Of a DNA stretch of 55,672 nucleotides, positions 18,166 to 26,039 are shown one piece after another. This stretch comes from an uncultured Candidatus Saccharibacteria bacterium. GTDB taxonomy: Bacteria; Patescibacteriota; Minisyncoccia; Sungbacterales; SURF-37. The DNA lies in assembly GCA_964363965.1 (NCBI GenBank), contig CAYIKH010000002.1, forward strand, positions 1 through 55,672. Direction: 5' to 3'. The translations under genes and the position numbers were made by a program. The first letter of the stretch is position 1, and each line of letters opens with the position of its first letter. Under the pieces are notes generated by a model. That model ran no database searches. It had not been told where the DNA came from and saw only the letters and a program-made list of their open reading frames with translations.

Positions 18166-19322
18166 ATCGAAAAGTAATCATTGTTGGAAGCGCGCTCCTC
18201 ATCCTCTTAATCGCCGGAGGATTAATATGGTATTTCCTGGCCGCTCCCCAAGCTCCCGGAAAGGGCTCTTTTCTGGATAACCTGCCCATCATCGGCGGTC
18301 GGGCGCCGCTGGAGCGGGAATCACCCATCCCGCCGCCGCCCTCTCCCATAACCGAGGAGAGAATCATCCGCCAAATCGTTGATCGCGACATTATTGGCCC
18401 GGCCTTGGCTCTAGACGGAAAGTCCATTCTTTACGTTCTCCGCGAGAACGGACATGTCATGAGCGCGGATCTTGCCGGCGATAACGAAAAAAATCTTACC
18501 AATCTCACCGTGCTCGAAACCTTTGAGGCTCTCTGGTCGCCTAAGAAAAACCGCGTGGCCATGCGCTACGCCGACGGCAGTACGGTTAAAACCTTTTTGG
18601 CCGGCGTGGCCACGGGCACGGCCTCCAAGTTCCTGCCGCCGGAAACCACGGCTCTCGACTGGTCGCCGGATGGTCTTTCCATCGCCTACCTAACCAAACG
18701 AAGTGTTGATGCGGCCTTGATTATTGCCGATGCGGCCAACCAAAAGCCGCAAGTAGTTTGGACCACGCCAATTCCCGATTTCACTCTCCGTTGGGCGGCT
18801 AAAAACTTAATAATACTAATCGCAAAGCCTTCGGGTTTGGCGCCGAGCCTGGTCATGCGTTTTGACACCAACACTCGTCAGGCCACAGTTTTACCAATAG
18901 CCGCGCCGGGAGTAGTGGTCCTCGCCATGCCCGATGGCAGCGGACTTCTTTTTTCTCAATCCGCGGAGGGAGGACGGGCCAGGGCTCTTGCGCTCTATAA
19001 ATTCTCAACTGGGCAGGTTATGCTGCTCGAGTATATCACCATTGCCGAGAAATGCGGTTTTTCGGCTGACGCCAAAAAAATATTCTGCGGGGTGCCGCGT
19101 TCGCCCCTGCCCAGTCCCATGCCGGATGAATGGTATCGCGGCGCGGTGTCGTTCTCCGACAATATAGTTGAGATTGATACGGCCACCGGGCAGACCAAAA
19201 CTATTTTGTCGGACATGCCGGATCTTGATGTAACTAGCTCTTTGGCCTCGCCGGACGGCAAATATCTTTTCTTTCAGAATAAAAGCGATGGGACGCTGTG
19301 GCGATTGACGCTCGGCCAGTGA
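18162..19322 (+). CDS. N-terminally anchored beta-propeller protein (TolB/PD40-like)
   Basis: N-terminal TM helix ALLILLIAGGLIWYFL. PD40-like repeats include DWSPDGLSIAYL and ASPDGKYLFFQNKSDGTLWRL. Confidence 0.6.
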   Translation: MNRKVIIVGSALLILLIAGGLIWYFLAAPQAPGKGSFLDNLPIIGGRAPLERESPIPPPPSPITEERIIRQIVDRDIIGPALALDGKSILYVLRENGHVMSADLAGDNEKNLTNLTVLETFEALWSPKKNRVAMRYADGSTVKTFLAGVATGTASKFLPPETTALDWSPDGLSIAYLTKRSVDAALIIADAANQKPQVVWTTPIPDFTLRWAAKNLIILIAKPSGLAPSLVMRFDTNTRQATVLPIAAPGVVVLAMPDGSGLLFSQSAEGGRARALALYKFSTGQVMLLEYITIAEKCGFSADAKKIFCGVPRSPLPSPMPDEWYRGAVSFSDNIVEIDTATGQTKTILSDMPDLDVTSSLASPDGKYLFFQNKSDGTLWRLTLGQ

Positions 19323-19351
19323 CCCCCTCTTTTTGAGTTCTGCTTTTTGAA

Positions 19352-19576
19352 GTGTTCTACGTTTACATCATCAAACGCAACAGCAGAGATCTTTATATTG
19401 GTTACACCGCCGATATGCCCCGTCGTATGAAAGAACATTGTGCCAAACGCCATGACCTTATTTATTACGAAGCGTACAAAGCGGAGGAAGATGCAACGAA
19501 GCGAGAGCGACAGCTTAAAAAGTACAAAAGTGCTTGGGGGCAACTAAAGAAACGAATTGTAAAAAGCAGAATCTAA
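19352..19576 (+). CDS. GIY-YIG nuclease superfamily protein (UPF0213/YhbQ-like)
   Basis: GTG start. Sequence FYVYIIKRNSRDLYIGYTADMPRRMKEH is the canonical GIY-YIG core; 74 aa. Confidence 0.75.
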   Translation: MFYVYIIKRNSRDLYIGYTADMPRRMKEHCAKRHDLIYYEAYKAEEDATKRERQLKKYKSAWGQLKKRIVKSRI

Positions 19577-19797
19577 AAAGAGGGGGTTCTATTGTCCACC
19601 GCAAAAATTTCTGCAACTGCGTCTTGAAATTTTTGGCGGACAATGAAAAAGCTCCGGAATCCAGAACCTTTACTTCAGGTTGCTGAATCCGGAGCTTTGA
19701 TACTCCAAAGAACTCGACTAGGGAACTCTGCCGAATCCAGAAACCTGGTGACGTTTTTCCTCACGTCAAGAGGCTGGATTCACGCCCCCAACAGAGC

Positions 19798-20715
19798 CTA
19801 GGTGCCTGGCGGCATACGGCGCACTTCGAAGCGCACCCGCTCGCCGTCCCAGCCGGAGTAAGCGAAGCCGTCAGAGTGACCGCGCCCGTCAGGAGTGCGG
19901 TAAACCTCGTTCTGGTTGAACCAGAGCACAAGCTCGAACGGTTCTGTTCCAGCGTTCTTAAGCTCGAAGTCGGTTCTGCCGCACTTCCAGGGGGTAAACC
20001 GGAACGGCCAGGTCGGGCCTAAGGTTACGACGCCGACAGCATAGAGCGGCTCATCTGGGAAGCGCCTCTGCTCCCATTTGTACACGGTGCGTTTGGTGCC
20101 GCACAGGGCCACGCGATCGCCATGAGCATTGATCGCCGGAATACCGCCGAGGTGCCGGAGGCTAAACTTCTCACCGGGCCTGACCATTATCTTGGTGCGG
20201 TGGCCCGGCGCCGGCTCGGCGTAACCGTATTCGTTGGAACCGTCAATCGAGACCTCCCAAATGCCTTCGCCTTTGGCGGTGACAGTGGTCGCCGGCGTCG
20301 GCCGCGGGGCGAGTGATCCCGACACTGGCGTAATGCCGGCGTACTGGAGCGGGAAGCTTGGCGCTGCTGCCCGCGCTTCGGGCGCTCGCAACCTGTCAAG
20401 CTCCTCCACCCTCGTCCATCCCGAACCCCAAATGAACCACCACAGTACCGCGAGTATCCCGCCGATCCGCAGGATCTGACCGGCGGCCTTGCTGATCTCC
20501 GGCTTGCCCAGGAGAGTTGCGCTAACCCTGGCGGCAAGATAGAGGAATCCGATGAGGAGGAGTACCTCGACACCGGACATACCCCTCACCCGCGGCATGC
20601 CGGGGAGTGCGCCAAGAGACTCCCAGACCAGGAGGCCGGCGACTATTATCGCGCCGGTCACACCGCCCCAGAGCAAGGTAGATTTCTGCCATGTGGCCAT
20701 GCCTCGGTGCGCCAT
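19798..20715 (-). CDS. Membrane protein with beta-rich C-terminal domain (NfeD-like partner of SPFH protein?)
   Basis: Two to three N-terminal TM helices; the C-terminal 200 aa look beta-rich and soluble. The start abuts the stop of the upstream SPFH gene (20715/20716). About 65-68% GC. Confidence 0.5.
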   Translation of the reverse strand: MAHRGMATWQKSTLLWGGVTGAIIVAGLLVWESLGALPGMPRVRGMSGVEVLLLIGFLYLAARVSATLLGKPEISKAAGQILRIGGILAVLWWFIWGSGWTRVEELDRLRAPEARAAAPSFPLQYAGITPVSGSLAPRPTPATTVTAKGEGIWEVSIDGSNEYGYAEPAPGHRTKIMVRPGEKFSLRHLGGIPAINAHGDRVALCGTKRTVYKWEQRRFPDEPLYAVGVVTLGPTWPFRFTPWKCGRTDFELKNAGTEPFELVLWFNQNEVYRTPDGRGHSDGFAYSGWDGERVRFEVRRMPPGT

Positions 20716-21900
20716 TTAGCCCTCCCTCCTTCCGAAGATCCCTATCAGGACCTCCTTCAGAGTTGCGCGGGTCTCGGCCGGAATCGAAAGCTGCTGCTCG
20801 CGAATTTCCTTTTTCACCTTGCCGCGCTCGGTCTGAACAATTTCCTGGGCGCGCTCCAGTGAAAACCCCATTCTACTGACCTCCTCGATCCGACTGCGGA
20901 CGTGCTCAAGCTCAATGATCTCGGCATCACGCTGCCGCTCCTCACGCCTCACCCGCTCGTAGTCCTGGATAACCTCCTCCGAGGGGAGGATCTGGGCGAC
21001 AAGGACATTGGTGATGTCAACGCCCCAGTCCCGGGCTTTGGCATCGGCCGCCTTGGTCAACTCATCCCTCAGCTCGACTTGGGCCTGAACTGCTTTTTCG
21101 TCGGTTTTCTGGATGATCTCGGCGCGGACGACCTGGCGGATGAGCTCAATCATTCCCCGCTGGATGACCTCCTCGCCCACCGAGAGCGACTGGTAGGGGT
21201 TGGTAATCTTCCACTGGATGGTGGCATCAACGCTGATGCGCACCCCGTTCTTGGCGAAGACAACAAACTTCTCGATCTTGGACGTCCGCTCGCGGACGTC
21301 AATCTCCTCGGCGGCCATGAGCGGGCGCGGCAGGAGCCAGCTCCAGCCCTCATTAAGGGTGAAGAGCGCTTCGTGAACCTCAAGCTGCTCAAGCGTGCCG
21401 TCAGGGCGGACGATTCGCTCCGTTACCAGCCGCCCCAGACGCCCGGCCAAGAGAAGGGGCACGCCCTTGTTGGCGATATCAATCTGGATCAGTCCGCCGA
21501 CTCCAAAGTAACTGAAGGCGACAATGGCTATGCCGACGTTGAAGGGATACGGTATGCGCTTCAGCGCCAGGACGCAGAGGATCATCGTGATCACCGCGCC
21601 CAGCACCAGGGTTAACCACCGTGGCAGGCTGAGGCCGCGCGGCCGAGGATGAACAGGACTGGGTAGCGCCGATAGCGCTGGCGGAGTAGGAGGGCCGCCG
21701 GGTGAGTCGGGAGTTTCGGCCTCGATGTTGTCGGGAGGACGGCGATAGAACTCAAACCAACTCGGCTCGCCGCGCCGCCGCCCGAGGCGGTAACGAAGCC
21801 ACACCGCGAGGATAAAGACTACGATGGACGTCACCAGAAGTACGAGGGTCAGATCAGGCCAACGAAACCCATCCATTCTAGATTCTCCTTTCTTGCGCAT
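20716..21900 (-). CDS. SPFH/band-7 (stomatin/prohibitin-like) membrane protein
   Basis: N-terminal TM anchor. SPFH core: RISVDATIQWKITNPYQ...IIQKTDEKAVQAQVELRDELTKAADAKARDWGVDITNVLVAQILP. C-terminal coiled coil. Confidence 0.8.
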   Translation of the reverse strand: MRKKGESRMDGFRWPDLTLVLLVTSIVVFILAVWLRYRLGRRRGEPSWFEFYRRPPDNIEAETPDSPGGPPTPPALSALPSPVHPRPRGLSLPRWLTLVLGAVITMILCVLALKRIPYPFNVGIAIVAFSYFGVGGLIQIDIANKGVPLLLAGRLGRLVTERIVRPDGTLEQLEVHEALFTLNEGWSWLLPRPLMAAEEIDVRERTSKIEKFVVFAKNGVRISVDATIQWKITNPYQSLSVGEEVIQRGMIELIRQVVRAEIIQKTDEKAVQAQVELRDELTKAADAKARDWGVDITNVLVAQILPSEEVIQDYERVRREERQRDAEIIELEHVRSRIEEVSRMGFSLERAQEIVQTERGKVKKEIREQQLSIPAETRATLKEVLIGIFGRREG

Positions 21901-21962
21901 TCATGCGCATTTGGAATGGTTTTATTGTTTTCAATCAACTTGCCCAGGCTAATCGTGGCCCA

Positions 21963-21991
21963 ATATTAACATTTTTAACAGAATACGTCAA
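21963..21991 (-). promoter_or_regulatory. Sigma70-like promoter for the SPFH operon
   Basis: On the minus strand, TTGACG-17 nt-TAATAT lies about 65 nt upstream of the 21900 start, which has AAAGGAGAA as SD. Confidence 0.4.
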
Positions 21992-22037
21992 GATGTTGCT
22001 TCGCAACGGATCGCGCTCCTGACATTCGTTCGCCCCG

Positions 22038-22074
22038 ACAAAAAATCGGCTCATTTCTAAGAAATGAGCCGATT
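22038..22074 (-). terminator. Rho-independent terminator after jag (end of the rpmH-rnpA-yidD-yidC-jag operon)
   Basis: Perfect 14-bp stem AATCGGCTCATTTC(TAA)GAAATGAGCCGATT, followed on the minus strand by a run of six U. Confidence 0.6.
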
Positions 22075-22121
22075 CCGGTTTCGTAAAATCAAAAGCTTTG
22101 CGATCTACACCATCCGCTTTT

Positions 22122-22571
22122 TTAAGGATAGGGCTTAATCACCACTCGGCGCGAGTAACCCTCGCCGATGGATTCGGTGGTGATGTCGGGGTATTCGGCG
22201 AGCGCCATATGGATGATCCTGCGCTCAAATGCCGGCATGGGTTTTAGCACGAGCTCGGTCCGGTAAAGCCGGACTTTCTTGGCCATGTTCTTGGCTTCGG
22301 CTTTCAGGGCTTCAATATGATGCAGGCGATAACCATTGACGTCCAAAAAAAACCCCCGCGCATCGAGAGGGACGTGCTTTTCGAGCAGGCGCTTCAAGAG
22401 ATGTTCCAGAGCCAAAAGATGTCGAGCTCGTGTGCCGATAAGGAGTCGAGCCTGATCAGTAACCACATTTATGTATGGAATGGAGAGGTCAGGGATGGTC
22501 CGCTCTTCCACCTCCGCCTGAATGCCCATTTTCTCAAGAGTCTGATTGAGGTGTTCGCAAATTACGTTCAT
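22122..22571 (-). CDS. jag: Jag/KhpB RNA-binding protein (KH + R3H domains)
   Basis: 149 aa; C-terminal R3H-like FERRIIHMALAEYPDITTESIGEG. It occupies the conserved position downstream of yidC. Confidence 0.8.
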   Translation of the reverse strand: MNVICEHLNQTLEKMGIQAEVEERTIPDLSIPYINVVTDQARLLIGTRARHLLALEHLLKRLLEKHVPLDARGFFLDVNGYRLHHIEALKAEAKNMAKKVRLYRTELVLKPMPAFERRIIHMALAEYPDITTESIGEGYSRRVVIKPYP

Positions 22572-23292
22572 GACTGATCCGCTTTTGAATCCACAGTTGC
22601 TGAACTATAGCAAAAAGGTTGAAAACTGTCCAGTAAAGGGCGAGCGCGGATGGCAGCGACCAGGAAATTGCGATAATGAAAAACGGAAAAAAATAGGTCA
22701 TCTGCCACTGCATGGCCCGGCCGAAATCCGCGGCAGTCGTTTTGCTGGAGGCAGGGGTAATGGCAATAAATTTGCTTTGCAAAAATTGTGATGCCCCGGC
22801 AACAATGGCCAAAATCACGCTCTTGCGCGAAAGATCGAAAATCCCAAAAGCTATAGGATCCAGGGTCTGGACGCTCGGCAAGAAAGAATAGATTAGCGTG
22901 GGATCAAAGGCGGCGATCCCTTTCCAGAATACCTGATAGAGGCCGATTAAAATCGGGAGCTGAATCAGTATGGGGACGCACCCGGAAAGCGGATGGATGC
23001 CCTCCTCGCGGTAGAGGGCCATAGTTTTTTTCGCCTGTTCTTCCTTATTATCACGAAACCGTTCCTGAATCTCGCGGAGCTTGGGGCCGATTCGGGCCAT
23101 GGCCTGTTGCGAACGTATGGTTTGAACCAGCGTAGGATGAAGCAGGATTCGGACAATGGCCGTCAGTATGATAATGGCGAGGCCGAGGTCGCGGTAGGGG
23201 AGAGTGGCATAGAGAAATATGAGACCATTTAAGAGCGGCCGGTAGATGAACTCGTTGTAGATAAAGGTGATGGGACCCATTGGGGAACGCAA
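22534..23292 (-). CDS. yidC: Membrane protein insertase YidC/Oxa1 family (short form)
   Basis: 252 aa with 5 TM helices; conserved LPYRDLGLAIIILTAIVRILLHPL and QxxP regions. It lies in the rnpA-yidD-yidC synteny. Confidence 0.85.
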   Translation of the reverse strand: MRSPMGPITFIYNEFIYRPLLNGLIFLYATLPYRDLGLAIIILTAIVRILLHPTLVQTIRSQQAMARIGPKLREIQERFRDNKEEQAKKTMALYREEGIHPLSGCVPILIQLPILIGLYQVFWKGIAAFDPTLIYSFLPSVQTLDPIAFGIFDLSRKSVILAIVAGASQFLQSKFIAITPASSKTTAADFGRAMQWQMTYFFPFFIIAISWSLPSALALYWTVFNLFAIVQQLWIQKRISHERNLRTPQSDS

Positions 23293-23316
23293 AAAGCAAA
23301 ACGCAAATAGCCAATA

Positions 23317-23661
23317 TTAGGGCCTGGCCGCAGGCAACATGCTAAATTTTTGATTTTGCCGCCTTTGACGAGCCTCGCTCGCCTCGCCTTCGCGAGAGCG
23401 AAGCGGGCCTTTGGCGTGATTTTTGATTTTTGATCTGGGAAACGGATTATACCAACTCCTACCCCAAGGGTGGCAACGGCTGAGTCGCCCCAAGAGCAAC
23501 ATAAAACCCAGAATTAGTCCATATTGACGTATGGCCTGCAGGCCATACTCTGAACACGAAGGTCTAAACCGACAGCCGGAGGACCAGATAAGAGTTTGAT
23601 GCAGAAGCGGTGAGACGAAAAGCTGATAGGCTCTGAGGAGAAGGAATGGAGCTGAGTTCAT
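23317..23661 (-). CDS. yidD: Membrane protein insertion efficiency factor YidD (with unusual C-terminal extension)
   Basis: YQLFVSPLL...CRFRPSCSEYGLQAIRQYG...RLSRCHPWG matches the YidD signature. The last 40 codons read through a palindrome/tandem-repeat region. Confidence 0.8.
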   Translation of the reverse strand: MNSAPFLLLRAYQLFVSPLLHQTLIWSSGCRFRPSCSEYGLQAIRQYGLILGFMLLLGRLSRCHPWGRSWYNPFPRSKIKNHAKGPLRSREGEASEARQRRQNQKFSMLPAARP

Positions 23662-24002
23662 AGGCGCCTTGAAAGTTGTTCAAGCATCTTGTCCGCCGTA
23701 TGCCATAAGGCCCGGCGCGGTAATCCTTTAAGTGACGGATTAATAAAGACTATTACGTCATGGTGCCCAAGAAGGTCGGAGGTTTGATGCCGTGCCCACT
23801 CGTCCAGGTGCCGCTTGAGGCGATGGCGCTCGGAGCTTTTTTTGGAAACAGCCAGCGGCAAAGAGAAGAGAATCCGGCCATGGCCATGAGCCGCGGGTGA
23901 GACAATGGTTCGGCCAAGGATCGTCAAAAAACGGCGGCCATGCCTGATCCGCCGCACCACTTCAGAACGACTTTTAAATCTAAGTCTAGTAGGTAACGCC
24001 AT
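23658..24002 (-). CDS. rnpA: Ribonuclease P protein component RnpA
   Basis: Start placed at the internal Met (MALPTRLRFKSRSEVVRRIRHGRRF...AVSKKSSERHRLKRHL). The track ORF extends 30 codons further upstream to a TGATG overlap with the rpmH stop; the true start is uncertain. Confidence 0.8.
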   Translation of the reverse strand: MALPTRLRFKSRSEVVRRIRHGRRFLTILGRTIVSPAAHGHGRILFSLPLAVSKKSSERHRLKRHLDEWARHQTSDLLGHHDVIVFINPSLKGLPRRALWHTADKMLEQLSRRL

Positions 24003-24091
24003 AGTAAGTAATAGTAAAGGGTTTGATCCCGGCTTGGAGCCCAGCTCCGTCCTGTAAGCTAAGGGTGAAGGATGAGCCTCATTCGTATGCA

Positions 24092-24229
24092 TCAGAGCGC
24101 GAGGGTGAAGCGCTTTTTGAGGCGACGGTGGCGCAGTATTCTCCGGCCGCTCGGAGTACGCTTGCGCGCCCTAAAGCCGTGAACGCGCTTTCGTTTCCTT
24201 TTTTTAGGCTGATAAGTTCTTTTCACCAT
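24092..24229 (-). CDS. rpmH: 50S ribosomal protein L34
   Basis: This ORF is absent from the ORF track (45 aa). Its minus-strand translation is [45 protein letters not shown]. Its stop overlaps the extended rnpA ORF start (TGATG). Confidence 0.85.
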   Translation of the reverse strand: MVKRTYQPKKRKRKRVHGFRARKRTPSGRRILRHRRLKKRFTLAL

Positions 24230-24450
24230 AAGCCCGAGACATTTATTGGAAAGTATAGCCCATCAAGTTTCGGTTGTAAAACACAAAATATGGTAATAAA
24301 CATTCTCCACAGGTTGTAAACATATTGTAAACAAATACCGAAAATTTAATCCCTTCCTTTGTATATCATTATTAATTAGTGTAAAGGAAGATTGTCGTTC
24401 TTGTACGCTTAGGTCATAAACCAAATTTTGGTGTAGCTATTCCAAGAACC
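24230..24450. promoter_or_regulatory. rpmH/dnaA divergent promoter region with DnaA-box-like motifs (oriC-associated candidate)
   Basis: TTCTCCACA (24303-24311) is 1 mismatch from the DnaA box TTATCCACA. TGTAAACA is repeated; an 8-bp inverted repeat CTTCCTTT/AAAGGAAG lies at 24353-24390. The region is AT-rich and sits at a gene-orientation switch. Confidence 0.4.
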
Positions 24451-25833
24451 ATGCTGAACCACGAGGAGATTTGGAAAAATGTGCTCGGTGAACTTGAGCT
24501 TTCCATTTCACGAGCGAGCTTTATCACCTGGTTTAAAGAAACGGCCATTGCCGAGGTAAACGGCGGGGTGGTGACCATCTCTGTGCCCAATGGCTTTGCC
24601 AAAAATTGGCTGCAGGACAAGTACCACAAAGCCATATTGCGGGCTTTGCGCGGCATCGTTGAGGATGTTCGGGAGGTTGGCTATGTCGTGGGCCCAATCC
24701 GGTTGGAGCAGTCCACCAGCCGTCCCAAACCGCGCGCCGCCCAACGGCCGGCCGGGCTTAGCGTGCCACAGGAACGTTTGGAGCTTAAGGAAAGCATGAT
24801 CGATCCTGAGAGCGGGCTCAATCCGCGCTACCGTTTTGAGAACTTTGTTGTCGGCTCATTCAACGAGCTGGCTCATGCCGCGGCCGAAGCGGTAACCAAA
24901 AATCCCGGCCTTACCTATAATCCCCTGTTCATTTACGGAGGGGTGGGTTTGGGTAAAACGCATCTGATACAAGCCGTTGGTAATGAGGTCCTCGCCGCCC
25001 GCCCCCAGCTTAAAGTCCGCTATCTTCCTTCGGAAAAGTACATGGGCGAGATTGTAGATGCCATCAATAATAGATCCATGAACCAGCTTAAAGAACGCTA
25101 CCGCAGTGTTGATCTGCTGATTATGGACGACATTCAATTTATCGCCCGCACGGAGAAAATGCAGGAAGAGTTCTTTCATGCCTTTAACACTCTTTACGAG
25201 CGCAATAAGCAAATCGTGATTTCATCCGACAAGCCGCCGGCCGCCATACCGACGCTTGAACACCGTCTCCGCTCCCGATTTGAGGGCGGCATGATTGCGG
25301 ATATTGGCGCTCCTGACTTTGAGACGCGCCTGGCTATTTTAAAATCGAAGTTGAAGGCTAAGAATTTTTCTTTGGATGAGGCGGTGCTGAAATACGTCGC
25401 CGAAACAATAACCAATAACATTCGCGATTTGGAGGGGGCCCTAAACCGCCTGATTCTGCGCTCAAGTATGAGCGCCGAGCCTATAAGCGAGGAGGAAGCT
25501 AAAAAGATACTAACCCAGGTTGCCACCGCTCCCCGCCGCTTCATTTCTCCTAAAAAGATTATCCGCGTTGTCTCGGAATTTTATGATGTCACGGAAAAGG
25601 ACCTGTTGGCCCAAAGCCGTAAAAAAGAAATTGTAAAACCGAGACAGATCGCGATGTATCTTCTCCGTGAAGAACTTAAGTGTTCCTTCCCCTTTATTGG
25701 GGAGAGGTTGGGTAAAAAAGACCACACCACCGCCATCCATGCCTATAAAAAGATTGTTGGCGGATTAAAGGTGAGTCCAGAGCTGGATGCGGAGTTGAAA
25801 ACATTGCGGGAAAAAATATATTCTCCTGTGTAA
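24451..25833 (+). CDS. dnaA: Chromosomal replication initiator DnaA
   Basis: 460 aa. AAA+ Walker A GGVGLGKTHL; sensor regions; C-terminal DNA-binding helix-turn-helix (KDHTTAIHAYKKI). Confidence 0.95.
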   Translation: MLNHEEIWKNVLGELELSISRASFITWFKETAIAEVNGGVVTISVPNGFAKNWLQDKYHKAILRALRGIVEDVREVGYVVGPIRLEQSTSRPKPRAAQRPAGLSVPQERLELKESMIDPESGLNPRYRFENFVVGSFNELAHAAAEAVTKNPGLTYNPLFIYGGVGLGKTHLIQAVGNEVLAARPQLKVRYLPSEKYMGEIVDAINNRSMNQLKERYRSVDLLIMDDIQFIARTEKMQEEFFHAFNTLYERNKQIVISSDKPPAAIPTLEHRLRSRFEGGMIADIGAPDFETRLAILKSKLKAKNFSLDEAVLKYVAETITNNIRDLEGALNRLILRSSMSAEPISEEEAKKILTQVATAPRRFISPKKIIRVVSEFYDVTEKDLLAQSRKKEIVKPRQIAMYLLREELKCSFPFIGERLGKKDHTTAIHAYKKIVGGLKVSPELDAELKTLREKIYSPV

Positions 25834-26039
25834 TGTTATTCGCAAATTCTATGGATAGATGGTGGATGGAAAAATAAACTTTTAAAACTTTCTAGTTGAT
25901 ATAATTTAACCCGAAATATTTCCACAAGATTTTAAGTTAAAAATTAAGGTATAATTTAGGTAAAAATTAGGAATAACTTACTTTATTTAACTTATCCTCA
26001 TATTATTCAAACTAATAACAATGACAAATTTTTATTATT
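25834..26039. promoter_or_regulatory. AT-rich dnaA-dnaN spacer: candidate DNA unwinding element of oriC
   Basis: Roughly 206 bp at about 22% GC in a 57% GC genome. DnaA-box-like TTATCCTCA (25992-26000) and ATTTCCACA (about 25918-25926). Classic position between dnaA and dnaN. Confidence 0.5.

Noticed and set aside
20902-21615. Plus-strand 237-aa ORF antisense to the SPFH gene
   Set aside because: Leu/Asp/Gly-rich low-complexity translation of the reverse strand of a well-supported SPFH gene in a GC-rich region.
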